A stretch of 64,000 nucleotides of DNA. It comes from Vicugna vicugna (Eukaryota). The position numbers were made by a program, and so were the translations under genes. Below, piece by piece: positions 37,231-49,869 of the stretch; position 1 is the first letter of the stretch; every line of letters begins with the position of its first letter. Location of the stretch: NCBI GenBank assembly GCA_013265495.1, contig MU058781.1, positions 8,475,009 through 8,539,008 of the forward strand, read 5' to 3'. The notes beneath the pieces are model-generated. The model did no database searches. It saw only the letters and a program-made list of their open reading frames with translations, and was not told where the DNA came from.

Positions 37231-39313
37231 CCTGCTGTCTCTTGAACATGCCAGGTGTACTCTTCCTTTGGAGCCTGTGCACTGGCTGGTTCCTTTTTCC
37301 TGAATGCAGTTCCGCCATACAGTCCTTGGCTTACCTCCTCATCTTGTTCAAGTCTTTACCTAAATATCTTTTTCTCAATAAGCCTACGTTGACTACCATC
37401 TTTAAAAATTGCAAGTCCTTACTCTTGGTTCTCTTTAACACTGCAATTTTTGGCCATTTTAAAAATCACTTTTGGACACAATATAGAATTTCTGTTTATA
37501 TCATATTTATTGTGTATTATCTCTCTCTCTCTACCTGCTAGCATATAAACTTTAAAGAAGGCAGAGATATCGGTCTATTTTTTTTGCCCTGAATGTTAAA
37601 ACAGTCCTTTGTATACTGTATATACTCAATAAATACATTATTATATAACTCAATACATTTATTACTTGAGTCCTATGCTGCTGAAGGACAGAGAAAACAT
37701 CATATGTCTCTTTCCCAATCAGGGAGTCAGACAACTGATACAAATTATTTGTTTAAAAGCCAAGAGAACATGTAAAAATAAATTTAGCCTGGACTCTTTT
37801 GGTTGTAAGTGAAATAAACCTGCTCAAATTAGCTTCAGGGTTAAAAGAGGGGATTTACTTGTTCATAAAACTGAACAGCTCAGCAGTAAATCCTAGCTCC
37901 AAGCATGCGGATGTAGGGGGTTTGCAGTTGTCTTTGAAACTTGTTGATTTCTCTCTTCACTGCTCAGCTCTCCTTTACTCTGAAACAGCTTGGGTCTCAG
38001 GCAGGTGTTCTCCACGTGGTAGCCCTGGGAGCTCCAGCCAAATTCTCCCACTGGACTGGGAGTCCGGAACTCACTGTGGCCTGGCAAGGGAGTGTGGTGT
38101 TCCTATGGCTGTGGCCCGGGCCACAGGCACAGCCCCAAACCACTCATTCTGAGAGTGGGAGAATGAAAAGATAAGATTAATTATAGAATCAAGCCAAACC
38201 AATTTGTGTAAATTGCCAGACCGGAATAGTTGATATTACAAGTATAACACTCTGACCCCTAGTGGTTAGATTACACGGAGAAAATTCAGCATTAGTCCAA
38301 AGACAAGAGCAGGTTAATATTTCACGTCATGTTTTTACATGACATTTTCTCAATTTATTTAAGAACATTGCTGTCCTTCCCTTTTATTCTCTACATTGAA
38401 GCATTCACCCATCTTGGGTACATTTTCTTTTGACATAGCTCTTGTATCCGTCCTTTTTTCTCCATTTCTACTATCATCATCTTTCTTCCTGGCTTTACGG
38501 TTAGGCTGTTGTGATAATATCCTAACTTGTTTGCTTATTTTTCATCGTTTATGAAAACCAACACCTGAAAAGTCTTACTAAAAAAACTGCTTTAGTTGTA
38601 TGGTGTCCAGCTGGGGAATTTACTCTGACAATTCGTTAAATCCAATCAAAATCCCTGGGTCTAGCATTAATTTTCGTGTGCCCCCTCATCCTTTTGCAAT
38701 TAAGACATTACAGTTAGCTTTCTATCACATGCAATAGGAAGCTATCATAAGTAATAATATATTTGCATAATATATGACCTGCTGAAGTTTAAAAATTGAG
38801 GACACATATTTTTCTTACCTCTTATATAAGAAATAGACTTATCCATTTTAAATTTCAGTCTAAGTTTATCTAATATTCTACACAGAAAATTTCATATATA
38901 CTTCTTATCATTTTTCAGGAGTGAATTAAATGCGTGATTTATTTATCATAAAAAGATACTGATTAGTACAAATTTACAAGTACCTTAGCTAATTGCTTTG
39001 ATCATAAGCTAAATCTAAAATATGTGTGCCTCCATTTTCATAGCTTTCATATTTTATTCCTTCTTTCTTGGTTAGTGGCTAAGCTAGAAAGAATTCTCCA
39101 ACTTCATTATTGCCCACATTTTCTCTTCAATTTTTACTGTAAAGAATAACATTAAAAACTTTAGTCAATCACTCTGAAAGTTTATACATTTATTCCACAT
39201 TTCCTTATCATTCTTTTCTTTTTTCACTCGAATGTTTTCTTTATTGGAAATTTTACATTTTAATGAAAACATACAGTTTCTTTCTTCTGAATTATTTATA
39301 TTAAAAACCCCCT

Positions 39314-39430
39314 AGGGGTATAGCTCAAGTGGCAGAGAACATGCTTAGCATGCACAAGGTCCTGGGTTCAATCCCCAGTACTTCCCCTAAAAATAAATAA
39401 ATAAATAAAAAATTATCCTCCCCCCAAAAA
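39314..39430 (+). mobile_element. Vic-1-like tRNA-derived SINE
   Basis: gggtatagctcaagtggcagagaacatgcttagcatgcacaaggtcctgggttcaatcccc; TSD aaaaac(c)ccct. Confidence 0.88.
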
Positions 39431-39804
39431 AACCCCTGAAATTAGCCTGTCTAAGCTTCAATTTTCTCTTCTGTCAAAGGAGGATAATGAGGATAATAAT
39501 AGGACTCCTAACTTATAGGATTGTTTATAGAGTTGTTGTGATGGATACATTTGGTAATTCACTTAGTATAGTTACAGGCACACATTTATAAGTTCTCCAA
39601 AATGTTAACGTTTACTGTTATAGATTCACTTGCATTTTTAGCGTGTCTTTGTAAACTCCAATTGGTTTGCCTACCACCAAACATTTATAAAGCATTTAGT
39701 ATTATATTGAGGGCTAAAAAAAAGAAAAAGACAAAATGGAGTGTCTGCTCTTATGAAGTCTACAATCTAATTTGAGAAACAAAGCATAAAGATTTAAAAT
39801 TTAT

Positions 39805-40352
39805 GAACAAAATGTGGTCTATACATACAATGGAATATTTAGCTTTAAGAATGCCTTTTTATTTTTTTAGGGGAAGAGGTAATTAGGTTTATTTCTTTAC
39901 TTATTTTTTAAGTGGAGGTACTGGGGATTGAACCCAGGACCTTGTACATGCTAGACATGCACTCTACCACTGTTTAGCCTTAAAAAGAAAGGAAATTCTG
40001 ACATGCTACAACATGGATGAACCTTGAAGACATTATGCTAAGTGAAATAAGCCAGTTATGATGGGCAAATACTGTATGATTCCACTTATATGAGGTACCT
40101 ATAGTAGGTACCTCATACAGACAGGAAATTCATACAGACAGGAAATAGAATGGTGGTCACCAGGGGTTGGAGGAAAGGCAGAATAGGGAGTTATTGTTTA
40201 ATAGGCAGAAACATTCAATTTGGGAAGATGAAAAAGTTTGGGAGATGGATGGTTACACAAAAGTGTGAATGTACTCAGTGTTTCTGAACTGTACACTTAG
40301 AAATGGTTAAAATGGTAAATTTTACATTCTATGTATCTTACCATAATAAAAA
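39805..40352 (+). mobile_element. L1MB-like 3' end fragment hosting a SINE
   Basis: aaaatgtggtctatacatacaatggaatatt...catggatgaaccttgaagacattatgctaagtgaaataagccag...aaatggttaaaatggtaaatttt. Confidence 0.8.
39856..39972 (-). mobile_element. Vic-1-like SINE, 5'-truncated
   Basis: gaggtaattaggtttattt...ggtactggggattgaacccaggaccttg...ctctaccactg; flanks tttagc(t/c)ttaa. Confidence 0.85.
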
Positions 40353-41323
40353 TATTTAAATATTCATATAAAATAAAGTTAGAGTTCAATACTAACTATA
40401 ACAGATAAACCAGTAAATTATAAATTACCAAATGTCACTTTAACTTTATTTATGAAATGTACCCACTTATTTTTTGAATAAATAATACATGTGCATGGTA
40501 CATAAATAAAAGGTACAAAATGATATGCAGGGAAAAGTTAGTCTTCCTTTAGCCACTCAGTTCCTTTTGCCAGAGACATAACTCTATTGTCAGTTATTCA
40601 TATGTCCTACCAGAGATTTTATGTGTATATTCCAACAACTATACTCATACACTGTATACACTATATTGCAAGTTCTTTTTACACTTAAGAATGTCTTGGG
40701 CAGTGCATTAAAAGCAAACTTGTTCTTTTTAAAGAGCTGTATAAATATGATAAATATATTTAATCCATCCTTTATTGAGAAGCCAGAGAGGGTATCCAGT
40801 CTTTTGCTATTACAAGCAATGTTTCAAAGAATAATCTGGCGTGTATGTTATTTTGTATAACTCTGAGCATTTCCATAAGATAAATTCCTAGAGGTAGGGT
40901 CACTGGCTTTTCAAATGACTCATATTAAAAGTGCCAAGAGACCGATTTCACCAAAGAGGTATTGGTGTTAGTTGCTTTGTCGAAAACCCTGGAAACATCC
41001 CTGTAACCTCTTCTTTTATACCGATCAATCTCTGAGTCTTGCTGATTTTACCTCCTTAGTGTTTCTTCTGTCCTCCCTTTTCATTTCCCCATTGCTCACA
41101 GCCGACTACTCAATTAAGGTTTTCACTGTTTCTTCACTTCTGAAGTGTTGTCCTCTAAGTCATCTTTCTAAGAGAACAATCTGTTCAGACACTTTCATGC
41201 TACCCAATCCATTCAGGATTAGGTCTAACATCTTTATTTCAGCTAACATGGCGCATCTTAGTCTGGTCCCTGCACTTTTCCTTTCTAGGCTTCCCTGTCA
41301 TCATCCTACTATACTCTTTCTGC

Positions 41324-41510
41324 TTTTTTTTTTTTTTTTTTTACTTTTTAAAGTTTTATTTATTTATTATTTTTTAATTTTATTTTTTTTTGGACGGGAG
41401 GAGGTGATTAGGTTTTTATTTATTTATTTTTAATGTAGGTCCTAGGGATTGGACCCAGGACCTCGGGCATGTTAGGCTAGTGCTCTACCACTGAGCTATA
41501 CCCTTCACCC
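41324..41510 (-). mobile_element. Vic-1-like SINE about 600 bp upstream of the CDKAL1 start
   Basis: T-rich tail, gaggtgattaggttt linker, gggattggacccaggacc...ctctaccactgagctataccc. Confidence 0.85.
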
Positions 41511-41759
41511 TTAAACTGACTTCTAAGCATTAAAAAAACAAAAGCAAACACCTCACTCCAAAACAAAACAAAACAAAACCCCAAAACAAAAAACCCAGCA
41601 ACACCTTGCTTGGTGTTACATGATCTACATTAAGTTTAATCCAACTATTCTGTCTTTATCCTTTTCCATTTTCTTCTCTAATACAACCTCTTTCCACAAA
41701 CGTTGAGGAAGCTGGTAAAATGTAACGGAAAGAGCAGTTTTTGGGGGGATTTGGGCCGA

Positions 41760-41915
41760 GTTGGATTCAGCACAGAGGATAGTTATTACTATCAGAGTCA
41801 CTTCGGGCAAGTACTTAAACTCTCAGTTTCCTCTTTTGTAAAATAAGAATAATAATAAATAAGCCGGGAGATAATGCTTATGTATAGCGCTGAACACAGT
41901 GCCCGACACGTAGTA
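41760..41915 (+). mobile_element. MIR fragment
   Basis: gggcaagtacttaaactctcagtttcctcttttgtaaaataagaataata resembles the MIR core. Confidence 0.6.
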
Positions 41916-42029
41916 TGAGTTCAGGAGAAGTTAGCTATTAAAGGAGTCTCAGAACCCGAGGTTTTGGCAGTGTTATTTTCTCTCCTGCAACTAAAGGAAT
42001 TAGTGGAATCATTGCTTAAAGTGGTTAAA

Positions 42030-42460
42030 CCTGAACGCGCACGTTCAGCGATGAAGCGTTTTGACCCCTCTGAGCCACCGTCGCCGAGCATGCGTAAACA
42101 AATGTGGCGGGACGTATATGTCATGGCGAGCTCCATCTGAGGTCTCTGCCGTTTGTGGAGAGCGGCGTGTGGATTCTCCTGCTTTGGGCTGGTTTGTTAT
42201 TTCCCGACTACTGGGTAAGGGCGGCGGGTGGACCAGTGTGGGGCAGAGTTTGGCCGGAGCTCCTTTTTTTGGCGGAGGCTTGTTTCCCCCGTTTCTTTCT
42301 CGGGCCGCTTGCTGGTGTGTTTCGCAGTTAAAAGGGAGCTTCCCAGCTGGGCTGGGGGAATTGGGAGGCAGGGAGCGTTGCCAGAAGTGAGGACCAGGTC
42401 GTTGGCCTGAGGTGCTGCGGGGCTGTAAGGCGTTTTTAAGGGCTCTCGTTCCTTATTGTC
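42030..42460 (+). promoter_or_regulatory. CDKAL1: CDKAL1 CpG-rich promoter region
   Basis: CpG-dense block containing a first-exon donor; NRF1-like gagcatgcgt, YY1-like tcatggcg, E2F-like tggcggga and tttggcgg. Confidence 0.8.
42120..42214 (+). other. CDKAL1: CDKAL1 non-coding exon 1 (start approximate)
   Basis: Donor TGG|gtaagg at 42215 inside the CpG island, upstream of the CDKAL1 coding exons. Confidence 0.7.
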
Positions 42461-42993
42461 ACCTCTAACTGCTTTCATTCTTCCACTTTGTGCCTTAGTG
42501 AGTTTGTGGGGCGGGACAGGGCTTTCCCAGTTACCTAACTTTCGGAGCTGTATCTCAACAAGAATTCAAGCTCTGGTTGGGCTGAAGAGCAGGGTCTTGT
42601 TTTTTCACTTTTCCTTCTTGTTTACTCATGAAACCGCTCGCTAAATCTCGGAAGGACACGTGTCTTTCGGGTGGAAGGTGATGTAGATACTTCATTGCCT
42701 TACCCTGTTTTGTGCTTACTGGTATTAACTTGAATCCCTCAGATGTGTTATACTGCCGGATAGTGTTTATTACTAAGGCCAGACACTGGATCTAAGTCAT
42801 GGCAAATATGGCAGATGTCACACCTGTCCTAATTAGTAAGAAGTTGGGAGTAGTGTGGGACATCATTATCCTTGCTGTATAAAGCTGTATTTTACAGAGT
42901 TTAATCCCTTTTTGGCAGTCTTAAAAGAGTTCTTAATGTGGTTTTGTGAACTCGTTACTAGCTTGCTTTCTCTAATCAGTTTTTATGTTCCAG

Positions 42994-43037
42994 ACTCATC
43001 TTTCAAGAAGATTTGAGACTAATTGCAGATAATCAAG
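42994..43037 (+). other. CDKAL1: CDKAL1 short non-coding exon 2 (44 nt)
   Basis: Branch-like ctaat, acceptor ttttatgttccAG, donor AAG|gtact; fits the recalled two-UTR-exon layout of mammalian CDKAL1. Confidence 0.7.
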
Positions 43038-43763
43038 GTACTCATTTATTTTAAACCTTTTAAGTTGGAGTGACGTGTTACACGTAATATAACGTGCAAA
43101 GGTAGTTTGTTTTAATTTCTTAGTAATTTTCTCACCATCATTATATGGAAATGCGTTATCTTGATGTCACTAAATCTAAGAAGCATTTTCATTCATTTTA
43201 CTTAACCTTTCATCACCTGCATTGAGCAGCGCTGACCATGTCCACCTCTTTGACATGCTTCTTCCTTTTCCTTCTGTGCCCCAGTGGTTTTCTCCTTCTC
43301 TGGTGGCTGTTTCTTGGTCTTTGTTATAGGCTGGTTCTCTTTTATTTGGCAGTTAAATTTGGGGTTCCTTAAGGCTTGGTCCTGTCCCCTTTCCTCTTCT
43401 GATTCTGTTCTTTTTCTCTCTGGGTGATCTAATCCACATTCTCATCAACACTGTTCTCTTTTCTTATTCTAGCCATTCTAGTGTGTGTGCGGTGGTATCT
43501 CATTGTGGTTTTGATTTGTGTTTGGCTGTTCGCTAATGATGTTGACATCTTACCGTGAGTTATTGGCCATTTGTATATCTTTGGAGAAATGTCTTTTCAA
43601 AGACTTTGCTCATGTTTTATATTGGGTCATTTGTCTTTCTGTTATTGAGTTGTAAGTGTTCTTTTGAACTCCCTTGTTGAACATTCCCTTGTTGAAAATC
43701 AGCTAACCAGGTAATATATTTTTGACAAGCATTCTAGATGATTCTTAGGAAAGTAATTCTAGG

Positions 43764-43953
43764 ACAGTGATTCTCAAATTTAGTGCACGTCAGAATCACC
43801 CAGAGGGCTTGTTAAGTAAAGATTGCTGAGCTTTATTCAGAGTATCTGATTCAGTAGGTATGGAGTGGGACCCAAGGCTTTTCATTTCTAAAAAGTCCCC
43901 AGTTGTGCTAATTGTGCTGGAGTTGGATTCAGCACACTATGAAAAATAGTAGT
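43764..43953. mobile_element. MER5A-like hAT-Charlie element; further MER5-like fragments to ~44275
   Basis: cagtgattctcaaa...cagaatcacc..gagggcttgttaa...tctgattcagtaggt. Confidence 0.7.
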
Positions 43954-45497
43954 GTAGGACTTTGGTTCACAGCTGTGGCAACACATATGAGAACTACTGA
44001 AAAGTGTTAAAAAGAAGATTGATGGCCAGGCTCCTGTTTCAGAGATCGAGTCAACTAGCACAGGGCTCAGTAGCTGGAAATTTTCCATAGCTCCACAGGT
44101 GAGTATAATAAACATGCAAAGCCTGAGACCTTTTGCTGTAGGAGAACATTGGTACCCAGTCAGGGAAGAGTGCAATCACCTGGGCAGGTTTTACATCCCC
44201 AACCTTGAATTCCACTCTGGAGATTCTGATTCAGAAAGGGGCCTGGGTATTTGCTATCATACAGGTTCTCCAGTGTAAGTAACCGGTACTCTGTGGTACT
44301 GTTCTCACTCCATCATTTTCAATACTTCCTTTTCCACTTATGGTTGTTAGTCCCTGTATCAAACTTGATTTCCTCTACTTTTGAGGAGAAAACTCTGTAT
44401 GATCCTATTGTTCCATTTAACTGTTACCTTGCTTTCCTTTTATTCTCAAACTTTCATTTCCTTACTACTCACTTAATTTCTGAAGGCTAACAATCCCCTT
44501 TGCCAGTTTTGTTGGAAGTAAAAACTTGAGCTGATTAGTAGTGATGAGTGAGTTTGTTCAGATGCTTGTGATACGCAGCCAGGTTTAGGAACCTGCATTA
44601 CATATTTGTCTCTTTTGTCTCCTGAGAGTGAATTTCTAGAAATGGAATTGTTGGGTCAAAGGACACATATGTTTTAAAGGTTGAGTCGTATTGCCACGTA
44701 TTGCCACGTTGCCCTTCAGAAACGATATGCCGGCTTTGCTGAACTGGCAGCTACCAGTAGGGCTTTTGTCAGTCTTTTTTTTTTTTTCTTTTTTTTTTAA
44801 ATCAATGGGGTAGGTGGAAAATAACTCCTTGTTTAAACAATGCTATTAGTGTGTTTGAGCATTCTTTCCTATACTTAATGGCTATTTGCATTTCATAAGT
44901 GAGTTGCCAGTTTTTCCTTTGCTCATTTTTTTTCCGGAATGTTTTTCTTTCTAAGGGTCACATTCAACTCTTGCATTATTTGTGCTTTGCCAGTGAGGCA
45001 GAGGCACGTGGGGAGAGCTGAGTGTGTTGGAAGAAGATGTGGGTTCTAATTCTAGCTCTGTCAATGTACAAATCTTGTAGCTCTCCTGGACTTCCGTTCT
45101 GTAAAATAAAAGGCTTAGCAGTGTTCCCTGCTTCTGTAACTCTGATATTATAAGTTTACCGCAGTGGTCCCCTCTCATCTCTTTTCTTTCATACTATGTC
45201 CCTTCAGTGGATCCACACACACTTGTGTGTGGGATGTAAATATTGCATAATGTAGGAAAAAAAAACCAGGGCTTTTAATATGTCATTCAATTCCCAGTCC
45301 TTCTGTAGTCCTTTAGTAACATTGAAAGGCACTACCCGGCCTTACCCTTTCTCACTGAGCTTAGTTATTTCATAGAATTACAGTGATTGAAGAAACCTTA
45401 AGGGTTAGGTGTTTCACCCTTCCACCCAGTGTAAGAATGTCCTCCTGTGTTGTAGAAAGACCAGGTTTAAGCTGAACTTCAGCTTAAACAAGCCTTT

Positions 45498-48200
45498 TAT
45501 TCATTCATTCATTCAACAGATAATCTGGGCGTCCTGTGTGCTGGGCATTGTTAGAGGGGAAAAACAGATGACACCTTTGTTCTTACAGAGCTTACACTGT
45601 GGTGAGAAAGACAGAAGCAGATACAGATACGGTGTCAGGTAAGTGTTAGGAGTTAAAATGAAGTGTAAAGCGGGGCTAGAGGTCAGTGAGCATCTGTGGG
45701 ATGTCTGATCAGTGTGTGGTTATTTTAGATAGGGCGGTTCGGAAAAGACCTCTCCGAGGAGCTGTCATTTGAGTAGAGAAATGGGCAGCAAGCCATGTGA
45801 ATATCTGGGGATGATATTCCAGGCAGAGGAGTAGCAAGTGTGAAGGCTCTGCGTCGGAGCCTAGTTTGGCATGCTCGAGGAATCTGAGAGGTTAGTGCAG
45901 TTGGGCCGAGTGGAAGGGGGCAGAGGGAGTAGCAGCTCGGGGCCAAACTTTGTGAGACTGCGTAATCTACAGTCAGAAACATTTATTGAGATACTGCATT
46001 GTGCCTGATAGTTCTAGGTACCACCTGGGGTAAAGCAGTGAACAAAGCACACACAGCCTTTACCTCCCTCCCCACAGAAGAAATTTTCCTCTGCCCTTCT
46101 AGGTTCTTCTGGCTGGTCTAAGAATTAAATTGACAGATTAATAGGAGAAAAAAATAGGATGAAAAGTTTAATAACACATGTGCATGGGAGAGAGCCAGGA
46201 AAACTGAGTAATTCGCCAAAATGGCTGAAACCCTTCCTGTAAATACCATCTCCAGCTAAAGTCAAAACAGGATCCTCTGGGTAGTGGTTTGGGACTTCAG
46301 AGGGGAAGAAGGCATTTACTGTGAGATGGAAAAGCAAATGTTTGATAACAAAGAGGAATTTTAACAAACAGACTTTGCTAGTTTCACCTTGTCTGTACAC
46401 ATAGTTCATACTATAGTTATCTGTGGTGACAGCTCCCTTCCTGGAACAGGTCCTCTGTTTACATTCTTTTGGGCAGTTAGGGGAAAGATCAGAGTTTCTG
46501 CCTGAGTCTTCTGGGCCTTGGTTGTTTTCAGCTCGAAATGATCTGTATGCCAGAGACATTTTGGGGTAGCAAGTTTGCTCCCCTCCAATATCTAAGCAGG
46601 TGGTGAAGTGCTGTGGTAAGAAAACAAGGTGGGGAAGTGGGATAGGAAGTGTGTGTGGACATGGTGAGGTGGGAGTTGCTCAGACAGGCCTCACTGGTAA
46701 CATTTGAGCCAAGTCCCAAAGGGCTGGAAGGCAGTCCAGGCAGGACTAAGACCTTGAGCTGAGTGTGTACCTGGTGGGTGTGAATCCGCCAGGAGAGCAG
46801 TGTGGTATGAGAGGAGGGAGCAGTAGGAAGTGGGGTCAGAGAGGTAACAGGAAGCTGGTTATATATGTCCTTGCAGAACTTTGTAGCGATTTTTACTCTG
46901 TGGCTTTTTACTCTGAGATGGAATACCAGTGCAAGGTTTTGATCAGAAGCCAGAGATGACTTAGGTTTTCAAGGGATCCCTAGTTTACATGCTGCAGGTG
47001 TCTTTTGGGAATTAAGAGTAGAAGAATGGTGACTGTTAAAATTATCCAGGCAAGAGTTAATGTTGGTTTAGACCAAGAATGTAACCATAGGTATGGCTGG
47101 AAATACTCAGGTTTTGAATATATGTGGAAGATTTAGCCAACAGGGATTTTGTTGGTGATTTGGATTTAGGGTAAAGAAAAGAGGGGTCAGGGATGATTCC
47201 AGTGTTTTTGGCCTGAGTGGGTGGAAGGTTGGAATTGCCTTTAAATGAGATGGGGAAAGTTGTGGGCGGATCTGGTGTAATGTTGGTGGTTGTGTGTAGG
47301 GTGAGGTTGGGAGAGGGTCAAGAGTTCTATTTTTGGCTTGTTTTTTAAAAAAATTGAAGTGTGGTTGATTTAGAATATTGTGTTTCCCGTGTACTGTTTT
47401 TGATTTTTTAAGTTTGAGATAACTTTGACATTCAGGCAGAGGTGTTGAATAGGCAGTTGGACATCTGAGTCTGAAGTTCAGGAGAGGACTGGAGCTGGTT
47501 ATATAAACAGATAGTTGGTATTTCAAGGCCACAGGGCCAGATGAGATCACCTGGGGTGTGTCTGTAACTAGAGAAGAGAAGAAGCCCTGTAATGGAGCCA
47601 TGGGGACATTCCAACGTTGAGAAGTTGGAGAGATGAGGACGAACCAGCAAAGGAGACATGGGGAGTGGCCGACCTGGTGGAAAGAGAACTTGGAGCAGGT
47701 GGGATCCCAGAAGCCAGTGAAGAAAACATCATAAGGAGGGAATGAATGGTCAGTAGTATGAGATGCTGCAGATGGGGTCATTGACAGTGACTGAAAGTTG
47801 ACCATCGTCTGCATTGCTGGGAGCCACTGAAATCATGACAGGCAATTTTGATGGAGTGGTGGAGGGGAAAGCCTGGCGTATGAGAGAACAGGAGGGGGAT
47901 ATTGGACACTGTAAGTATAGACAGCTCTTGCAAGGAGTTTTCCTTTAAAGGATGAAAATGTGGTGAAGGTAGTAAGTAGAGGAAGTGGGTCAAGATAACG
48001 TTTTTCTTTTTTAAACGGGGAAGATAACAGTATATTTATATCCAGGTAGTAATGATTCGGTAGAGACACAACTAGTGATGATGCAAGAAGTGGGAGCGTT
48101 GCTGGAGTTGTGGGCTCAAGCAGATTAAAGTAGGACTGTTCCTGGGGAGGTGGCCAGTTCATGCATAGTGACAGATTGGTACGTGGGCAGAGGAGCATTT
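45498..48200 (-). mobile_element. L2 fragments (antisense), interrupted by an LTR
   Basis: ttcattcattcattcaaca tail at ~45500; gaataggcagttggacatctgagtctgaagttcaggagag and similar purine-rich antisense L2 text. Confidence 0.7.
46075..46587 (-). mobile_element. ERV1-type solo LTR (one end eroded)
   Basis: Minus strand begins TGgaggggagcaaacttgctaccccaaaatgtctc and ends ...aagaacctagaagggcagaggaaaatttcttc; ATTAAA-like signal near its 3' end. Confidence 0.65.
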
Positions 48201-48874
48201 CCCGTTAAGAGAATGAAGTCATCCATCTGTGTAGAATGTGGGAGGGGATGAGGGCCTGCTTCATTCAGGCCTTCTGTTTTCAGTACCGTCATCAGCCTCG
48301 TTAGGACAAGATCTGTGAGAAATTATTTTCAGACAGTTCCTAAGATAAATGAGTTTAAGTTTCTTTAATGCAGCTCTTCCCCAGTCATTGGGATGCATAC
48401 TGGGACTCTGTAAGAGGCAGAATTTCCCAGGTTGGTTTGACCACAGAACTATTTTTTTCACTGATAGTTAATAAATAGAACCAATTGGGGAAAGACTAAC
48501 CTAGTTCATTTCACCTTACCTAGTTTTTGCTGACTTGGCCAGGGTTCTTGTTTGCAAGAGCAGAAAGCTCAAGCAGATTTAAGCCACAGAGGGAATTTAT
48601 TGGCTCATACGACTGGGCAGAGCAGGGCTGTATCTGGCTTAAGGCTTTGGTTGGATCCAGGTGCTCAGATACTGACATTGCTCTTAACATTTCCTGCTCT
48701 TGGAAGGCTTTCTTCTTTAGGTAGGCTTCTGCTTTGTGGCAGGCAGAATGGCGCCTGTATCCTCAAGTTCATGTCCTTCTAACTTAGCCACTTCAGTGAA
48801 AGAGAAACCAGCTCTCCAGTTAGCCCAAGTGCTCTGATGGGGGTTGATTAAGCTTGTTTTTCATGCCTGCTAGC

Positions 48875-49842
48875 ACAGCATCCATTCTGCAGCCTGTGGA
48901 TCAAGGAGTCATTCAGCTTTCAGGTCTTATTATTGAAGAAGTGTATTTGATAAGGCTATAGCTGCTGTAGGTAGTGATTCCTCTGATGGATCCAGGCAAA
49001 GTCAGTTGAAAACCTTTTGGAAAGGATTCACCATTGTAGATACCATTAGGGACATTTATGATTCATAGGAAGAGGTCAAAATATCAACATTCAGTGGAGT
49101 TTGGGAGAAGTTGGTTCTAACCCTCATGGATGATTGTGAGGGGTGTAAGATTTTGTGAAGGAAATAACTGCAGATAGGGTGGAAATAGCAAGAGTTAGAA
49201 GTGGAGTCTGAAGATGGGACTGAATTGCTGCAATCTCTGAGAAAGCTTGGATGGATGAGGAGTTGCTTCTTAGGGATGAGCAAAGAAAGGGATTTCTTGA
49301 GATGGAATCTGCTCCTGGTGGAGAGGCTGTGAAGATTGTTGAAACAACAACAAAGGGTTTAGAATGTGACATAAACTTAGTTAAAGCAGAGGCAGGTTGT
49401 GAGCGGACTGACTTTAATTTCACAAAAAGTTGTGTGGGTAATGCTATCAAACAGCACTGCGTGCTTATAGAGAAATTGTTGGTGAAGGGAAGAGTCAGTC
49501 GATGAGGCAAACTTCGTTGTGGTCTTATTTTAACAAATTGCCACAACCACCCCAGCCTTCGGTGACCACCACCATGATCAGTCAGCAACCTTCAACACAA
49601 GGCAAGACCTTCCACTAGCAGAAAGATGACAACTCTCTTAAAGCTCAGAAAATAGCATTTTTTAGCAAGAAAATACTTTAAAGTGTGTACATTATTTTTA
49701 AGTTATAATGCTATTGCATGTTTAATAACCATAACTTTATGACTCACTGGAAAATAAAACTATTTGTGTGGCTTTATTGTAATACTCGCTTTATTGTGGT
49801 GGGCTGGAGAGCAGAGCCCGCAGTATCTTTGAGGTATGCCTG
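48875..49842 (+). mobile_element. Tigger1 (TcMar-Tigger) 3' portion with degraded transposase C-terminus
   Basis: ctgcagcctgtggatcaaggagtcatt (LQPxDQGVI-like), gatgaggagttgcttctta, right TIR gaggtatgcctg. Confidence 0.85.
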
Positions 49843-49869
49843 TGCAATTTTTTTTTTCTGGATAGTTTT

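Noticed and set aside
47107..47814. Longest ORF in the track (235 aa, minus strand)
   Set aside because: It lies in decayed L2 sequence with an embedded L1-like fragment, starts at a non-ATG codon, and has no recognisable domain or exon structure.
48875..49505. Domesticated transposase (TIGD/CENP-B-like) gene
   Set aside because: It is a partial Tigger1 copy with stops and frameshifts, missing the 5' half.
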